From Vicugna vicugna (Eukaryota): a DNA stretch of 64,000 nt. Below, one piece after another: positions 31,595 through 43,300 of this stretch (the stretch's first letter is position 1; every line of letters begins with the position of its first letter). The position numbers and the translations under genes are program-made. The stretch spans positions 885,915 through 949,914 of the forward strand of contig MU059972.1 of assembly GCA_013265495.1 (NCBI GenBank). The letters are read 5' to 3'. The notes below the pieces were generated by a model. That model saw only the letters and a program-made list of their open reading frames with translations. It was not told the origin of the DNA and searched no databases.

Positions 31595-32186
31595 GGTGTG
31601 ACCCCCGCCACAAGAAACCCACAGGAACTTAATCTTCATACGAAACTGAGCTGTCTCGTTGGTGCAAGGCGTTCACTAATGACACTGAGTGAGAAAAATT
31701 GTTAAGTTGAAACAATAGTCTTTTTTTATCCATTCAAGAGCGAGAGGAGAAGAGGCCGAGATGGCTGCAGACCTGAGCACACACGGCTGGAGAGAGGCCG
31801 GGCTTGCGGAGGACACCGTGATGGCCCAAGTGCCCGGGTCCTGCTCTCGGCCAGCAGCGTCTGCCGACACCATGACCACGGGCCGGACTGTGGAAGACCT
31901 GGCCCCTCCCCTCATGAGGAGGAAACAGAAGGGGTGGGGCCAGGTGCTGGGTGCTGGGTCAGGCGCCACTGGTTCTCACCTGAGGAAGGCCCACTGGAGG
32001 TCTGCGCTGCGGGGGCCACTCCAGGAGCACTGGGGCAGCTCACAGCTGAGGGCCGGAGCCGACGGGGCAGCCCTGGCCTGAGCTTGGAGAATAAATAAAG
32101 GGCTCAGCTGGGTCAGAGTTCCAGGAACAGGAAAGGGCAAGTGCAAAGGCCCTGGGGTGGGAGGAAGGCAAGCAGGCCTGCGCCCT

Positions 32187-32215
32187 GGAGGGGGGGGGGA
32201 GGAGGAGGAGGAGGA
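32187..32215. repeat. G-run plus (GGA)n microsatellite
   Basis: ggag-G9-a-(gga)5. Confidence 0.8.
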
Positions 32216-33556
32216 CTGGAGGGGCAGGAGGTCTGGGACAGTCTGTAAGCAGAGGTGGGACTTAAGGAACTTGATCATTCCCAACCTTTGCATGTGACCC
32301 CCTTGCCAGGACCTCAGCCCTCCCAGGTCAGGCGCCTGCCCCTGGATGGAGAGCTGCTAGTTTGAACTCAGCCTGGGTCCAGGGACTCAGGACTGGAGCT
32401 CCCACCCAGGCGTCGGAGGCCCAGTCAGGCCAGCAGGGAAGGGGCTGAGTGCAGAGACCTGCGAGGTGGGCTCACCTGTGGGTTCCCGGCTTCAGAGGCC
32501 GTCACTGCCTGGCTGGCAGATGGGGCCCAGTGGCCAGGGGTGCAGAAGGCAGGGACAGGCTGTCACCCGAGGTGTCCTGGATTCTGACTCCATGTCCACA
32601 AAGGCCGCATCAGAGAATGGGCATTTCCTTAGCACCTGACTTTGACCCGATGGCAAATCAGATAAGTCTTGAAAAATTGCTCAGCACACGCGTGAGGTGG
32701 GTGAGGCAAGAAGCATTGCGTGCCAGGCCAAGGGACCGGCGAGGATGGGCCCTGGAGACCGTCCCTACAGGAGGCCCCTTGGCACGGCCACCTCAGCGGC
32801 ACTCCCTCCCGCTCCCTTCTCCTGTCCCACATTTTACTGGCCACGCAGCCTTGGGGCAGAGCGCCTCAGAATGCATCCTGTAACTGCACACAGCTCCACG
32901 GGCCACAGCACCAGGCCAGGCCCCGGGCTGCTGCCTCCTGACACGGCCTGGCTAGGCTCTGGGGGGACCGGTCGTCTGCATGTCAAGTCACCCAAGGGCA
33001 GTGGAGCTCCGAGGCCCCAGGCCCCACCCTGCAAGTTCAGTCCCCAAGGAAGGAATCTCTTTCTGGCGGTCCTGTCCTGCTGGAGCTCTCCGGGGTGGAG
33101 AGAAGGGGCTGTGGTGGGCACCGCACAGGCAGGGGCTCTCAGACCTGCTCCTGCCCTGCAGCGAGACAGCAGAGTGGCCTGGCCAGGGCGTCTCACGTCC
33201 GCATGTGGTCGAACCGTCCGCTGAGGCGCTCGCTGAGTGTTGAACTGGGCTTTAGGGCTGCGTTGGGGGGGGTCCCTGCTCAAGCGCAGGCACCCGGCAT
33301 TCATGAAGCCCCATCAGACCAGGGCTGGGGGCAGAGGCCCCACACCAGGTCAGGGGAGGTGCGCCGGGCTGGCGGCTCCAGGGAACCTCACAGGGGTCTC
33401 CCAAGAGGAGCCCCGTCCTCAGGCTCCGTCAGCCAGGGCCCAGGGGCCGTCGTGGGGTGGCCTGGCCCTCGCCAAGGGGAGGGTGGAGGTGGGGGGCCCA
33501 GGCCCAGGCCCAGGCAAACATCACCACAAGGGCAAAACCGCTGCTTATCAAAATAT

Positions 33557-33562
33557 TTTATT
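33557..33562 (-). terminator. ZC3H18 poly(A) signal (AATAAA)
   Basis: + strand tttatt about 570 nt past the stop, at the end of a U-rich 3' UTR. Confidence 0.8.
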
Positions 33563-34129
33563 TTAGGAGACCCCTCAAAAAAAGACCTTCCACATCTGAC
33601 AGACGCCCAACCATACTCTTGGCCTTTTTTTTCCTTTTTAAATCAACTGAAACAATTTGATGCTTAAAATAAAAGACAGGAAGTACTTCCCAATCAGACT
33701 TCAGTCAAGAATATATATAGTTTTTGATCCTGGGGCGGCGGGGACAGGCAGGACGCTCAGCAGCACTGATGTTCCCGGTGATGGTGGGGGTGGCACGTCG
33801 GGGCCCCACATGGCAGCGGGCACCCTGACGACCAGAGGGAGGAAAAGAGGGTGGGGCTCACGTGGGCGCCCTGGACTCGTAATTGACGTAAAGTCGGCGC
33901 CGGTCTGGCAGGACTCCACTCCGGGAGGGGCCGGTTCAGTCTGGGGCTCAGCGTCCTCTTCATTCCGTGTGTGTGGCTTCTCTTCCAGCTGAGGAACTTT
34001 TTTTTTTCTTTTTCAATTTTTAAAAAGAATCACAGCCAAAGTAAGACATAAACTGCAAAATCCAAAATGGCTGTGCTTACCCTATTTATAAAAACAGGAG
34101 CGTCTGTGCCCCGGGAGCAGAGCACGGGC

Positions 34130-34340
34130 CTACACCTTCCCGGGGATCTTGGCCCGCTTGCGGGCGATGGCGTCCTCCACGGCCTTCAGCTGCTTGAGCA
34201 GCTCCTCCCGCCGGGACAGCGTGCTGGCCTTCCCTGACTTGGTGCCGGCGGAGGCGGAGGCCGCGCTGGAGTCCGAGGCTTTGCCAGGCACACTGGTGAC
34301 CTTGCCAGAGCTCTTGGACTGGGGTGACAATGGGCGCTTC
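34130..34340 (-). CDS. ZC3H18: ZC3H18 last exon (coding part)
   Basis: gcag| RKRPLSPQSKSSGK...LSRREELLKQLKAVEDAIARKRAKIPGKV-TAG. Confidence 0.96.
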
Positions 34341-37300
34341 CTGCAGGGGCCGGGAGGCCGTCAAGAGGGTGCGGAGGGCGGCCAGCCCAGGGGCCCGGAC
34401 CCCAGAAGCTGCGCCCAGGTGGAGGGCACCCCTCCCCAGTGAATGGAGGCCCCCAAGGTGGGAGAGCACTGCCTCCTGACTGCAGCCCTGGTTCTGGCCG
34501 TGGGGGTGTGGCCTCCCCACACTCCCTCCCACTCCCCTGTCTGTGGTGCACAGACCGGGAGGGTGAGGGGGCGCAGTGTCCAGGCTCAGCTGGGGCCCCG
34601 CTAACTCATCCCCGGCTGCAGTCCTCATCTGCGCCCTACACTGTGGCGAGCCGAAACCCCACACTGCTGTGGGCCAAGGGCCAGGGGTGTGGGGGGGCGT
34701 TGTGCCTGTCCGCCTGGTGTCCCCTTCCACTCGGCCCTCAACCCAGAGCCGCAGGTGGCAGGGACTCCAAGCCCACTTCCTGGGAAAAGGAGATCTAGGC
34801 TCTACTTCCCATGCCCTGCCCTGCCCCTCTCCCGGCCCTGAGCCGTGTGTTCCAAGACCCACATGGGGGCAGAATAAGACATGAGCCGGGCCATACTCTT
34901 GCCTCTGGATCAGAGCCAAGAGCAACAACCCAGCGGCCTCTAGGCCTGCCCATCTGGTGGCAAAGAAGCCAATGTGGTTTGTGCGGGGCACAAGGTGGGG
35001 GGCACTCACCTGTCTGGCGGGGCCATGGGTGCCTTGGAATTCTGGCCCCTCTGCCGCTCTGGCTTCGGGGAGCTAAGCCTCCCACCTGACTTCCGGTCCC
35101 GAGAACCTGGGTGACACAGGGCGAAGGAAGACCAGGGTCCCAGTTACATGTGACGCCAGCAGCACAGGGGCTGGTGTGGGCCGGCAGGGATGGGGCGGCC
35201 TCACCGGGACCAGCGACCCCACCCCAGAGGATTGTGCCAGCTCAGTTCAGTGCCCTTGTTGTCACAGAAAGAGGAAAACGGCAGAGCCAGTAAGAAGGAG
35301 GGGAAGGGGAGAACCAACTACGTCAGGAAACACTGAAGCTGAGGCCCAGTGTGGGTGCTGGTTTCTGGAGCAACAGTCCGAACAGGCTGTGGGGCTCTCA
35401 CCAGCCAACAGCAGGCAGACTAAACCCTCCTTCCCTGCCTCGAAGGAACTCGCTGTGATCCTCAAACAAGGAACAAAAAGGTGTGAGGGCTTGAAAAATA
35501 CAAGCAAAACAAAGAAACAGGAGTGTCTGCTGCAGCACCACCCTGCGAGCGTGGGGTCCTGCGTGAGGGCAGATGGGGCTTGGGACCACAGCTGGTGGGC
35601 CCAGGCGCTGTGCTTGGGGGCAGTGGCGCCCTCCTGCTCCTGACGGCCCGGGACCTGCACCCCACCTGCCCCTGCTCTGCTGGGCGCTCGCCCTCTGTCT
35701 TAGAAAGTAAAGACAGCTTGGCTGAGTCAGATTTTTGCTGGACTCGTGAGAGCCAGCCAGAAAGATGCTGGCTGGGGCTGGGCCAGTGCTTCTGCAGGGG
35801 TCGGCACCGCCTCCGCGGCACAGGCTCACGGGCTGGCCTGGAGTTTCCCAGAGGGCATGTGCTTTGAGAAATGGGATCCCAGCCGCACTGGGATATGGAA
35901 AAAAAAAAAAAACCAATGCCGCTTCTGCTAACTTCTATTTTGGAAAACAGTTATTTCCCATAAAAGATGTTATTCGTGTCAAAACCCAACAGTTCATCAC
36001 TGTCTCCTTCCTTAGTTTGAGCCTCTCACGGACGGCGGCGGGCGTGGATGGACACGCCCCACCTTATCGGAAGCCCCCCAGGGCCTCAGCACTCCTCAGG
36101 GGTGGACGGGGTCCTGGCGCCTGTGCCCTGTCGCCCGGCTCGGGGCGGCTCACCTCGGTCCGGGGACAGGTTAGCCCGCTTGGCGGGAGGGGGGCTCTGC
36201 CGGTCCTTGTCTGAGGGCTCGTAGCGCTTCCTGCTCGCTTTGTCAGCAGCCTGCAGCGGCGGGGAGGGTGGCGGTGAGGATGGCCGAGGGAAGTGGGGCC
36301 CATGGGACGGGACCCCAGCAGACTCTGCCTCCTGCTTCCCCGTCCCTCAGGGCATTGTGGACACCAACTCAGAGAGACCAAGCCTGTGGCGCCCCGGCCC
36401 AGGGCTGCTGTGGCCAGACCCAGGGCAGGGAGCGCTCCCACCACCCCTGGCACTGTCTACTTGTGCCCATGCGCTACTGCCCATGAGGCTGCCCGCCAGG
36501 GCAGGACCAGCCAAGGGGTCCCTGGGGCCCAGCACCGCCACCCGCGGCCTCACCTTGTTGAGCAGGGTCAGCTTGATCTCTTTGTGGGCAATGAACGTGC
36601 CCTGCTGGGGCTGCCCGGGAGGTGCCTGCTGGGGGGCGGTGGGCTGCTGGGAGGATCTGCTGCCTGCGCTGGGCCTCGAGGGTTTGGGCGGCTGTGTGGA
36701 CGGATCCCGTTTCCGCTTATCTGCTTTCACACCATCTTCCTTTTTAGATTTTCCTGCCAAAGAGAAACACCCCATCACAGCCTCTGTTCCAGTGAGGCGG
36801 CCTCCATGTGCCATTTGGGGGGGCGGTGGGCAGCGTGTGGTCACTGCACATGGACACCAGCCGCACTGCCACGCACCCTCCTCTGGATCCATGATGCCCA
36901 AGACACAGACACGTACCTTTCTCCTTCTTGGTCTGGGCTGGGGTTGGGGACCGCGAGCTGGCTGAGGACACGGGGCTGGCCAGGTCCGCATACATGTCAT
37001 CCGAGTCCACGCTGTGCGCTGAGCTGCTGCTCGACGTGGCACTGGACACCGAGGAGACGCTGCTCACGCTCAGGGACCTGGACACACACGCACGTCTGCG
37101 CCCCATGGCCCCGACCCCAGACTCCCTAGGTCCTGTTCCTGAGGGGTGTGCACCCACCAAGCCTGAAATTTGGGGAGCTTTGGGTGGTTCCCGGGTGCCG
37201 TATGGTGAGGGGACATCCATACAGCCGAGATGAGGCCCCTCGCACTCTTGATGTCTGTGCTGTGTGCCGGGCAGGGACACGTGATGGAGTGTGACCCAGG

Positions 37301-40300
37301 GCTGGACACAGAACAGAGTCCTGGCCCAGGGGAAGATGACTGCCTGCATCCACACAGCTCAGGGTGGCACAGACACAGCGGCCGGGCCCCAGGCCGTCAC
37401 AGCCCACGCTACACAAGGACTTGAGACAAACCGCCGCGCCAGCCTCTGCCGAATCCAGTGACCCACCCTCCGAGAAGACACCCGTTACCAGGTCCCGAGG
37501 TGGGCAGACGCTGGAACGGGGAGGTAACAGTCCAGTTTTTTTAATGTTCAGTCTGTAACACATCCCAGACCTACTTACAAGGACACGGGCAAATGTATGA
37601 ACTACCTGCTGCACGAAAATGAGAGGAAGCTGGATTCGAGGGACCTAAAGCCTGAGCCCAGACAGTCTTCTCTCTAAACAACTAAACAGCAGAGCTTTCT
37701 TCTATCTTTCACAGACTTTTCCCATCGGCTGTTCCCCACGCGCCTGTGCTGGACAGGCTGGGACAGGACCCAGCCCTCTGGCCGGGCTGTGAGCATCGGC
37801 CTGGCCTCTTCTCGTCGGGGCTGCTCCGGACCAGCGCCTGGGACCAGTGAGGCAGCCGCGGTGGGCCACAGGCGCCTGAGGGTGGAGGCCACTCACACCC
37901 GAGGAGGCCCCTCCTGGCCCGACGGGGGGCAGAGCTGATAATGACCTGGATCTGGAACTGGAGCCGCTGTAGCTGCTGCCGCTGCCGCTGCCGCTGACAG
38001 TCCGCCTGCAACACAACCAGAGCCCCGCTCTGCTTCCACGGCCTTGGCACACGGCGTTCCTCAGAGCCAGCACACTCGCTGGCTCGGGACGAGTGCTCCA
38101 CCAGCGACTGGCCACCAGCTGGGCCACGAGCAGGGCTGCTCTCTTCTAAGTACTTTCCCCCCAAGACGGGCACCTCCAGTCGGCTCCCCACCCCACCGCC
38201 ACCCTCCCATGGAGCTCCCAGGGAAACCGAGGCTTGGTGGTTGAAGGGTCAAGCCTCGGCTGCCCGGGAGCCTCTCCCCAGCTCTGGAAGGGCCTGACAT
38301 CAGTGTGCTTACCTCCTGGGGGGGGTCCTGGCCTGACGCTCCCTCCTCCTGGCTTCCCGAGGGTCTCCGGGCTTGGTGGGCTCAGGGACAGGAGCGGCAG
38401 TGGTTTTGGGGGCCTGTGGTGGGGCTGGAGCTGGGGCTGGCTTCTTCACCGATTTCTCCCTGTGACGTGAGGGGGAGGTCAGACCAGCCGGGCACATCTT
38501 AGGACGTGCAGTGCACGTACACGCTCCCTGTGAGACCCCACACCTCACGGAGCTCACGGCGTCATGCTACTTCCTCACCAAAGGCAGGGCTGGGAGGAAG
38601 ATGGGCATCTGAAGAGCCCTGGAGGGTCACGGAGAGCCGGGCAAGCTCCCTCAGCAAGGGCCGCACCCCACGGCAGATGCGCACTCCTGGCCAGCCCGCG
38701 TGCAGCGGGGTCCTTGGGGGGGCCAGGCACACTCTCACACGGCACAGTCAGGAAAGCGGCCACCTAAGCCGCCTGCAGTGTTCGGGTCCCCTGACCACTT
38801 GGTGTAGGTGGGTCACAGCAGGGCTGACACCAGCAGGAAACAGCGTCTTGGGCGGAAGTAAGCTGCTCAGCACAGCCTCAGGGCTGAGTCGAAGTCTGTG
38901 CTGACCAAGACACAGACGCACGGGCACCCACGTGACGCCACCCGCATAAAGCCTGCGTAGGGCGCAGCCCCGAGGGCTTGAACGTCCGGGATGGTGGCAG
39001 CCCACCCGGAAGTTCAATTCAGACGGCTGCGGCGCCTGGGATGTCAAACGTCAGCACTGGTCACTCTATCAGTGACCCGCTCAGGGTTCTCTAGGCCTGA
39101 AGCCCGGAGGCCGACCCCCTCAGGACAGAGACCTGCAGCGGGGCTGCGCGAGACCCGTGCAGGGACGGCCACCATCAGGCTGGCCCTCGTGCTCGGCAGA
39201 GCTGCAGGAGTGGGGCCCACTGTCACCCCGGGGGATTGGGGGGGAGGCTGCACCTCGACACTGCTCACAGGTGTCGTAAAGTTTGTGTGCTAAGTTCTAG
39301 GCGATTCTGATTCCTCGTGTCATCACATCTGTTGAAAAGGATCAAGGTGACCAACTCCAGGGGCAGCAAAGAAGGTGAAAGACGAGGAGGCTGGCAGGGC
39401 CGCTGCTGCCGTGCCCTCCCCGACCAGGCAGAGCACCGCTGGCCCATGATCCAAGGGGCTCCTACCTCCGGGAGCAGGCTGTCCCCACAGCCATGCAGGG
39501 CTGCTGAAGCACAGACACGGCACGTGGCCCACAGCCTCCAGAGCCCAACCCCGGCGCCCTGCCCACCTTCTGGGGCCCAACTGGCGGTGGCACTGGTGAG
39601 CACTTACCCTGCCTTGGCGGGAGGCGGAGCTGGCTCCCCCTTGGCTCTCACAGGTCTGTGCGGGGAGGGCGTCGGGGACGGGGATGGGGATGAGGAGAAA
39701 GACCGGGACCTGCAGAATGGACGGAGGCGTGAGGGGCCCGAGTGTGGCTCCCAGAGAAGGCCACTGCGGGCGGCCTCTCGTGTGCCTCAGCCAGTGTCTA
39801 GTCATCTTCTAAAACACACCCCCAGAGGGGAGAGGAGGTGCTGAGGGACAAACGGGAACCACGCGCCTGCGAGGCTCCAGCAGGCGCGCCAGCAACCTGG
39901 CCCGGCCGCGGGGATGAGGAGAACGGGGCCAGCGGTGGCCTCCGCAGCCCCGGGATGCGCCGCCACGTCGCACAGGGGGCTGCTTCCCAGGGCTCCAGGG
40001 CTCACTGGGCTTTCCCCGCTTCGAGCCGCCTGCAGGGTCTGCAGCAGCAGCTGAAATCAGGGCGCCGCTGCGACTGCCACGGACGGAGCCGCACGGGAGA
40101 GACGCCCGTTCCCCCTCCTGCCCTCACGTCGCCTCACGCGGCCGCGCTGCCCACGGGGAGGCGGGAAGGCAGACCCGAGGCCCTCCCCGCAGGCTCGGGC
40201 GGGGCTGCCCTCGGAGAGCGTGGGGTGGGGCTGGTCCCGGGCATTAGCAGGGAGGTTAGGCAGGACTCAAGTGCACCCGACTCTGAGAGCACTGGGGACG

Positions 40301-43300
40301 CCTACGCGCAGACGGATGCGGTTCTCGAACGCAGGGCTGGGTCCCCGGGGACTTGCCAGCTGCTTCCCTCGGCAGGGACGGCCCGACCACGCTGGGACGC
40401 AGACCCCCCGGGGCTGCAACCCGGGCCCTGACCCCAGAGGCTGATACACACAGGGCCTGCTTCCTGGTCTTTCCCGGTCTCATCAACCGCTCACTCAGAA
40501 GGACGACCGCAGGTAAGCCCTGTCACACCCTGGAATTTCCAGAATCCCCAGATTTCTCAGCTTGGCTCCAGGCTTCTTCCCCATAGCTCACCAGCCTTGT
40601 TTCTCACGTGAGACCAGACACGGTTTCTCCTGACCTTGATGCTCTGATCAACGTCTTTCCTGTCTTCCACCCTGCCTTCTACTGGCAGCCTTCCTGGATT
40701 GCCCCTGAACCCCTGGGCACTGTGTAAACACCAGGCAGGAAGGCTGTGAGGCCCTGGGCCCCAGCTGGCCCTCGAGACTTCCCTAGAAAGTGGCCCACCT
40801 GCCATCTGATCCTGCAAGACAGAGACATGGCCACCAGACTCAACCGCTTCAATGGTACCATCCTGCTGTCCCAACGTCCTCTACGCTGTCCTAGAGGGGT
40901 GCCGCTGTGGGCCACAGCCTCGCAGGAGGACCCATCGCTTTACCCCAAGAGTGCTGGCGAGGTGCTCCCCAGGGAAGCAGGCGCGTGTGTTCTGTGTGCA
41001 GTTCTGTCCTGTGACAGGATGCGAACGCCTCCTGTCCACACCCCACCGCAGCCCTCTGGGGCAGTAGCACCCGATCCGGGACTTGGGGCCAGGGCCGAGG
41101 CAACAACGGAGCTGGAGGGGCGCAGCCCGGGCAGAAGCTCTGGAGTGTCTCCGGGCTGTCGTAGGGGAAACAGCCACACAAGCAGCCCCCCTCTGGCCTT
41201 GGGCCTCCCCTGGGTGGGGTCCCCACACGGCGTCTCAGGCTGGCAGGAGGCAGAAAGGGTGAGCAGGATAGGGATGTGGGTGGGAGTGGGGAAGGCGTGT
41301 GGCTCTAGGTCTGTAGCGGTGGAGTGCGTGCGGAGGCAGGGGTGTGGTGGGAAGGGCCAAAGCAGCCACTAGCGCGTCAGGACTTCTCCCCTCCTCACAC
41401 AGACCAGGGCTCGTCCTCCCTCCCAAATAACAACCAGAAATTCTCTAAAATTCCCAGCAGTTTGCCTATTTTCAGGGGAGAAAATGTACACGTTCTGTGA
41501 TCTTTCTAGAACGGAGCAGCAGCACTTTCTGCAAAGATGGAGATGTTCCGTACCTGAGCACGCCAACCAGGGCTGGTGCACCCTCCCACACCTCCCCTGT
41601 GCTGGGATGTGAACTGCCACATGTGGTCGGTGGCCCCCAGTGGACAGTGCAGGGCCGCGGGGGTCACAAGGGCTGGCGCTGACCCCATAGCTGCCTCCTT
41701 CATTTTAGCGCACACACCTCCTGAACCAGGCGAGGGCAGAGTGGCTCCTGGGCCCCCTGATGTGTGGCCCTGTGTCAACAACCCCAGCATCTGCTGCTGG
41801 TGACTCGGCCCCTTGTTGTGTATCCTCCAGAATTCACCACTCAACCCTGTAACCCAGCGACTGTTCTGCAAACGACTGAGGACCCAGAAGGGCCCTGTCA
41901 AGGCAGACCTCCCATCACGCAGGCAACTATGGATGAGCCCACGCTCCCTGCACCCGCAGCACCTCAGGGACGTACCTGGACCGGCTGCCTGAGAACGAGC
42001 TGTGTCTGGAAGAGCGGCTGGAGTAGGAGCTGTAGGACGAGGACCGGGATCGGGACCGGGACGAGCCAGAGCCAGAGTAGGATGAGGACCGCGAGGACGA
42101 CCTGCAGCCCCGAGGGGACGAGAGAGGACAGAGGCCGGTCGTCCGCTGCCCATCCCACCCCCGGCGCCAGTCCTGCTGTCCTTTGCCCAGGCACAGGCCT
42201 GGAAGGCACAGCCACACACACAGACACACACCCACCCTCGGGGCAGCTTGTGGACACACTGCAGGCCAGTCCCCTGGTTGTGGGAATGGTGTTTAGAAAC
42301 CAAGATCTGGGTGGCAGGTGTGCTCACTCTTGCTGGTGATGGTTCCTCAGCCCTCAGTGGGTAGCGCCAGGACACCTGTGCCCACACGTGTAGGCGGGTG
42401 TGTCTGACGCGGGCAGGGAGTGAACACTCTTTGAGTCCACAGACACCTGCAGTTCCTGTCCAACTCGGCAGGCTCCTCTTGGCCCTCTTCTGGGCGAGAC
42501 CCAGCCCTCATCACTCACGGCATTCCCGCTCATTTGTGCAGACCCTGTGTACTCCCAGATTTCAGAGCTGCTGACCCAAACCCGCAGGAGAAGAAGGTGG
42601 ACTGACGAGATGCCAGGGTCATGCTGGTTCTGGCCTCCTACCTTGCAGTGTCTCTCCCCTGCCCAAGTCTGGGGTCCGTTCTGGGTGGCCCGCACCCTGG
42701 CTGACCTCGCCGTTTATTCTGGGGGTATGTGAGCCTCACCAACGTGCTCAGCATCAGACCAGTTTGCGCCGACACTGCCACCCAGCTACCCCACACCCCC
42801 GCTGAGCAGACAGACGCCCGCTCTGTCCCGCTGACACCATCTTCGGGCAGCGGCCGCCAGCGCTCCTCACCTGGAGGAATTGGAGGCAGAGGCCGACGAG
42901 GCTGACGTTTTCCGGCGCCGTCGTGCCCGGCTAGGGGAGACCGACACTCCGAGTTTCTTCTTGGGGGACTTGGACCGGCGCCAGGGGTCCTTCCACTCGT
43001 CAGCTCTCTTCACCTGGGGCCCCGTGGAGGCTGCCTCCTTCTTTGGCAGCTCAGCTTGACGGCTGAAATCACAGAAAGGTGAGTGGCCTCAGGCCACCTC
43101 CTGCCAGACAGCACTGCTGTTTGGTTAGAAAAACTGAGGAGACCTGGAGCTCAGTGGCCTGCCCAGGGGTACCGATGGACGGCAGAGCCCACCACGAACA
43201 AGATGGGCAGGCCTGCTCCACGAGAGGCGTCTTTCCATGGGAACACGGCCCCTGACCATGCTGGCACCAGTCCTGCCGGTGCCCGAGTCCCAACCTTCCC

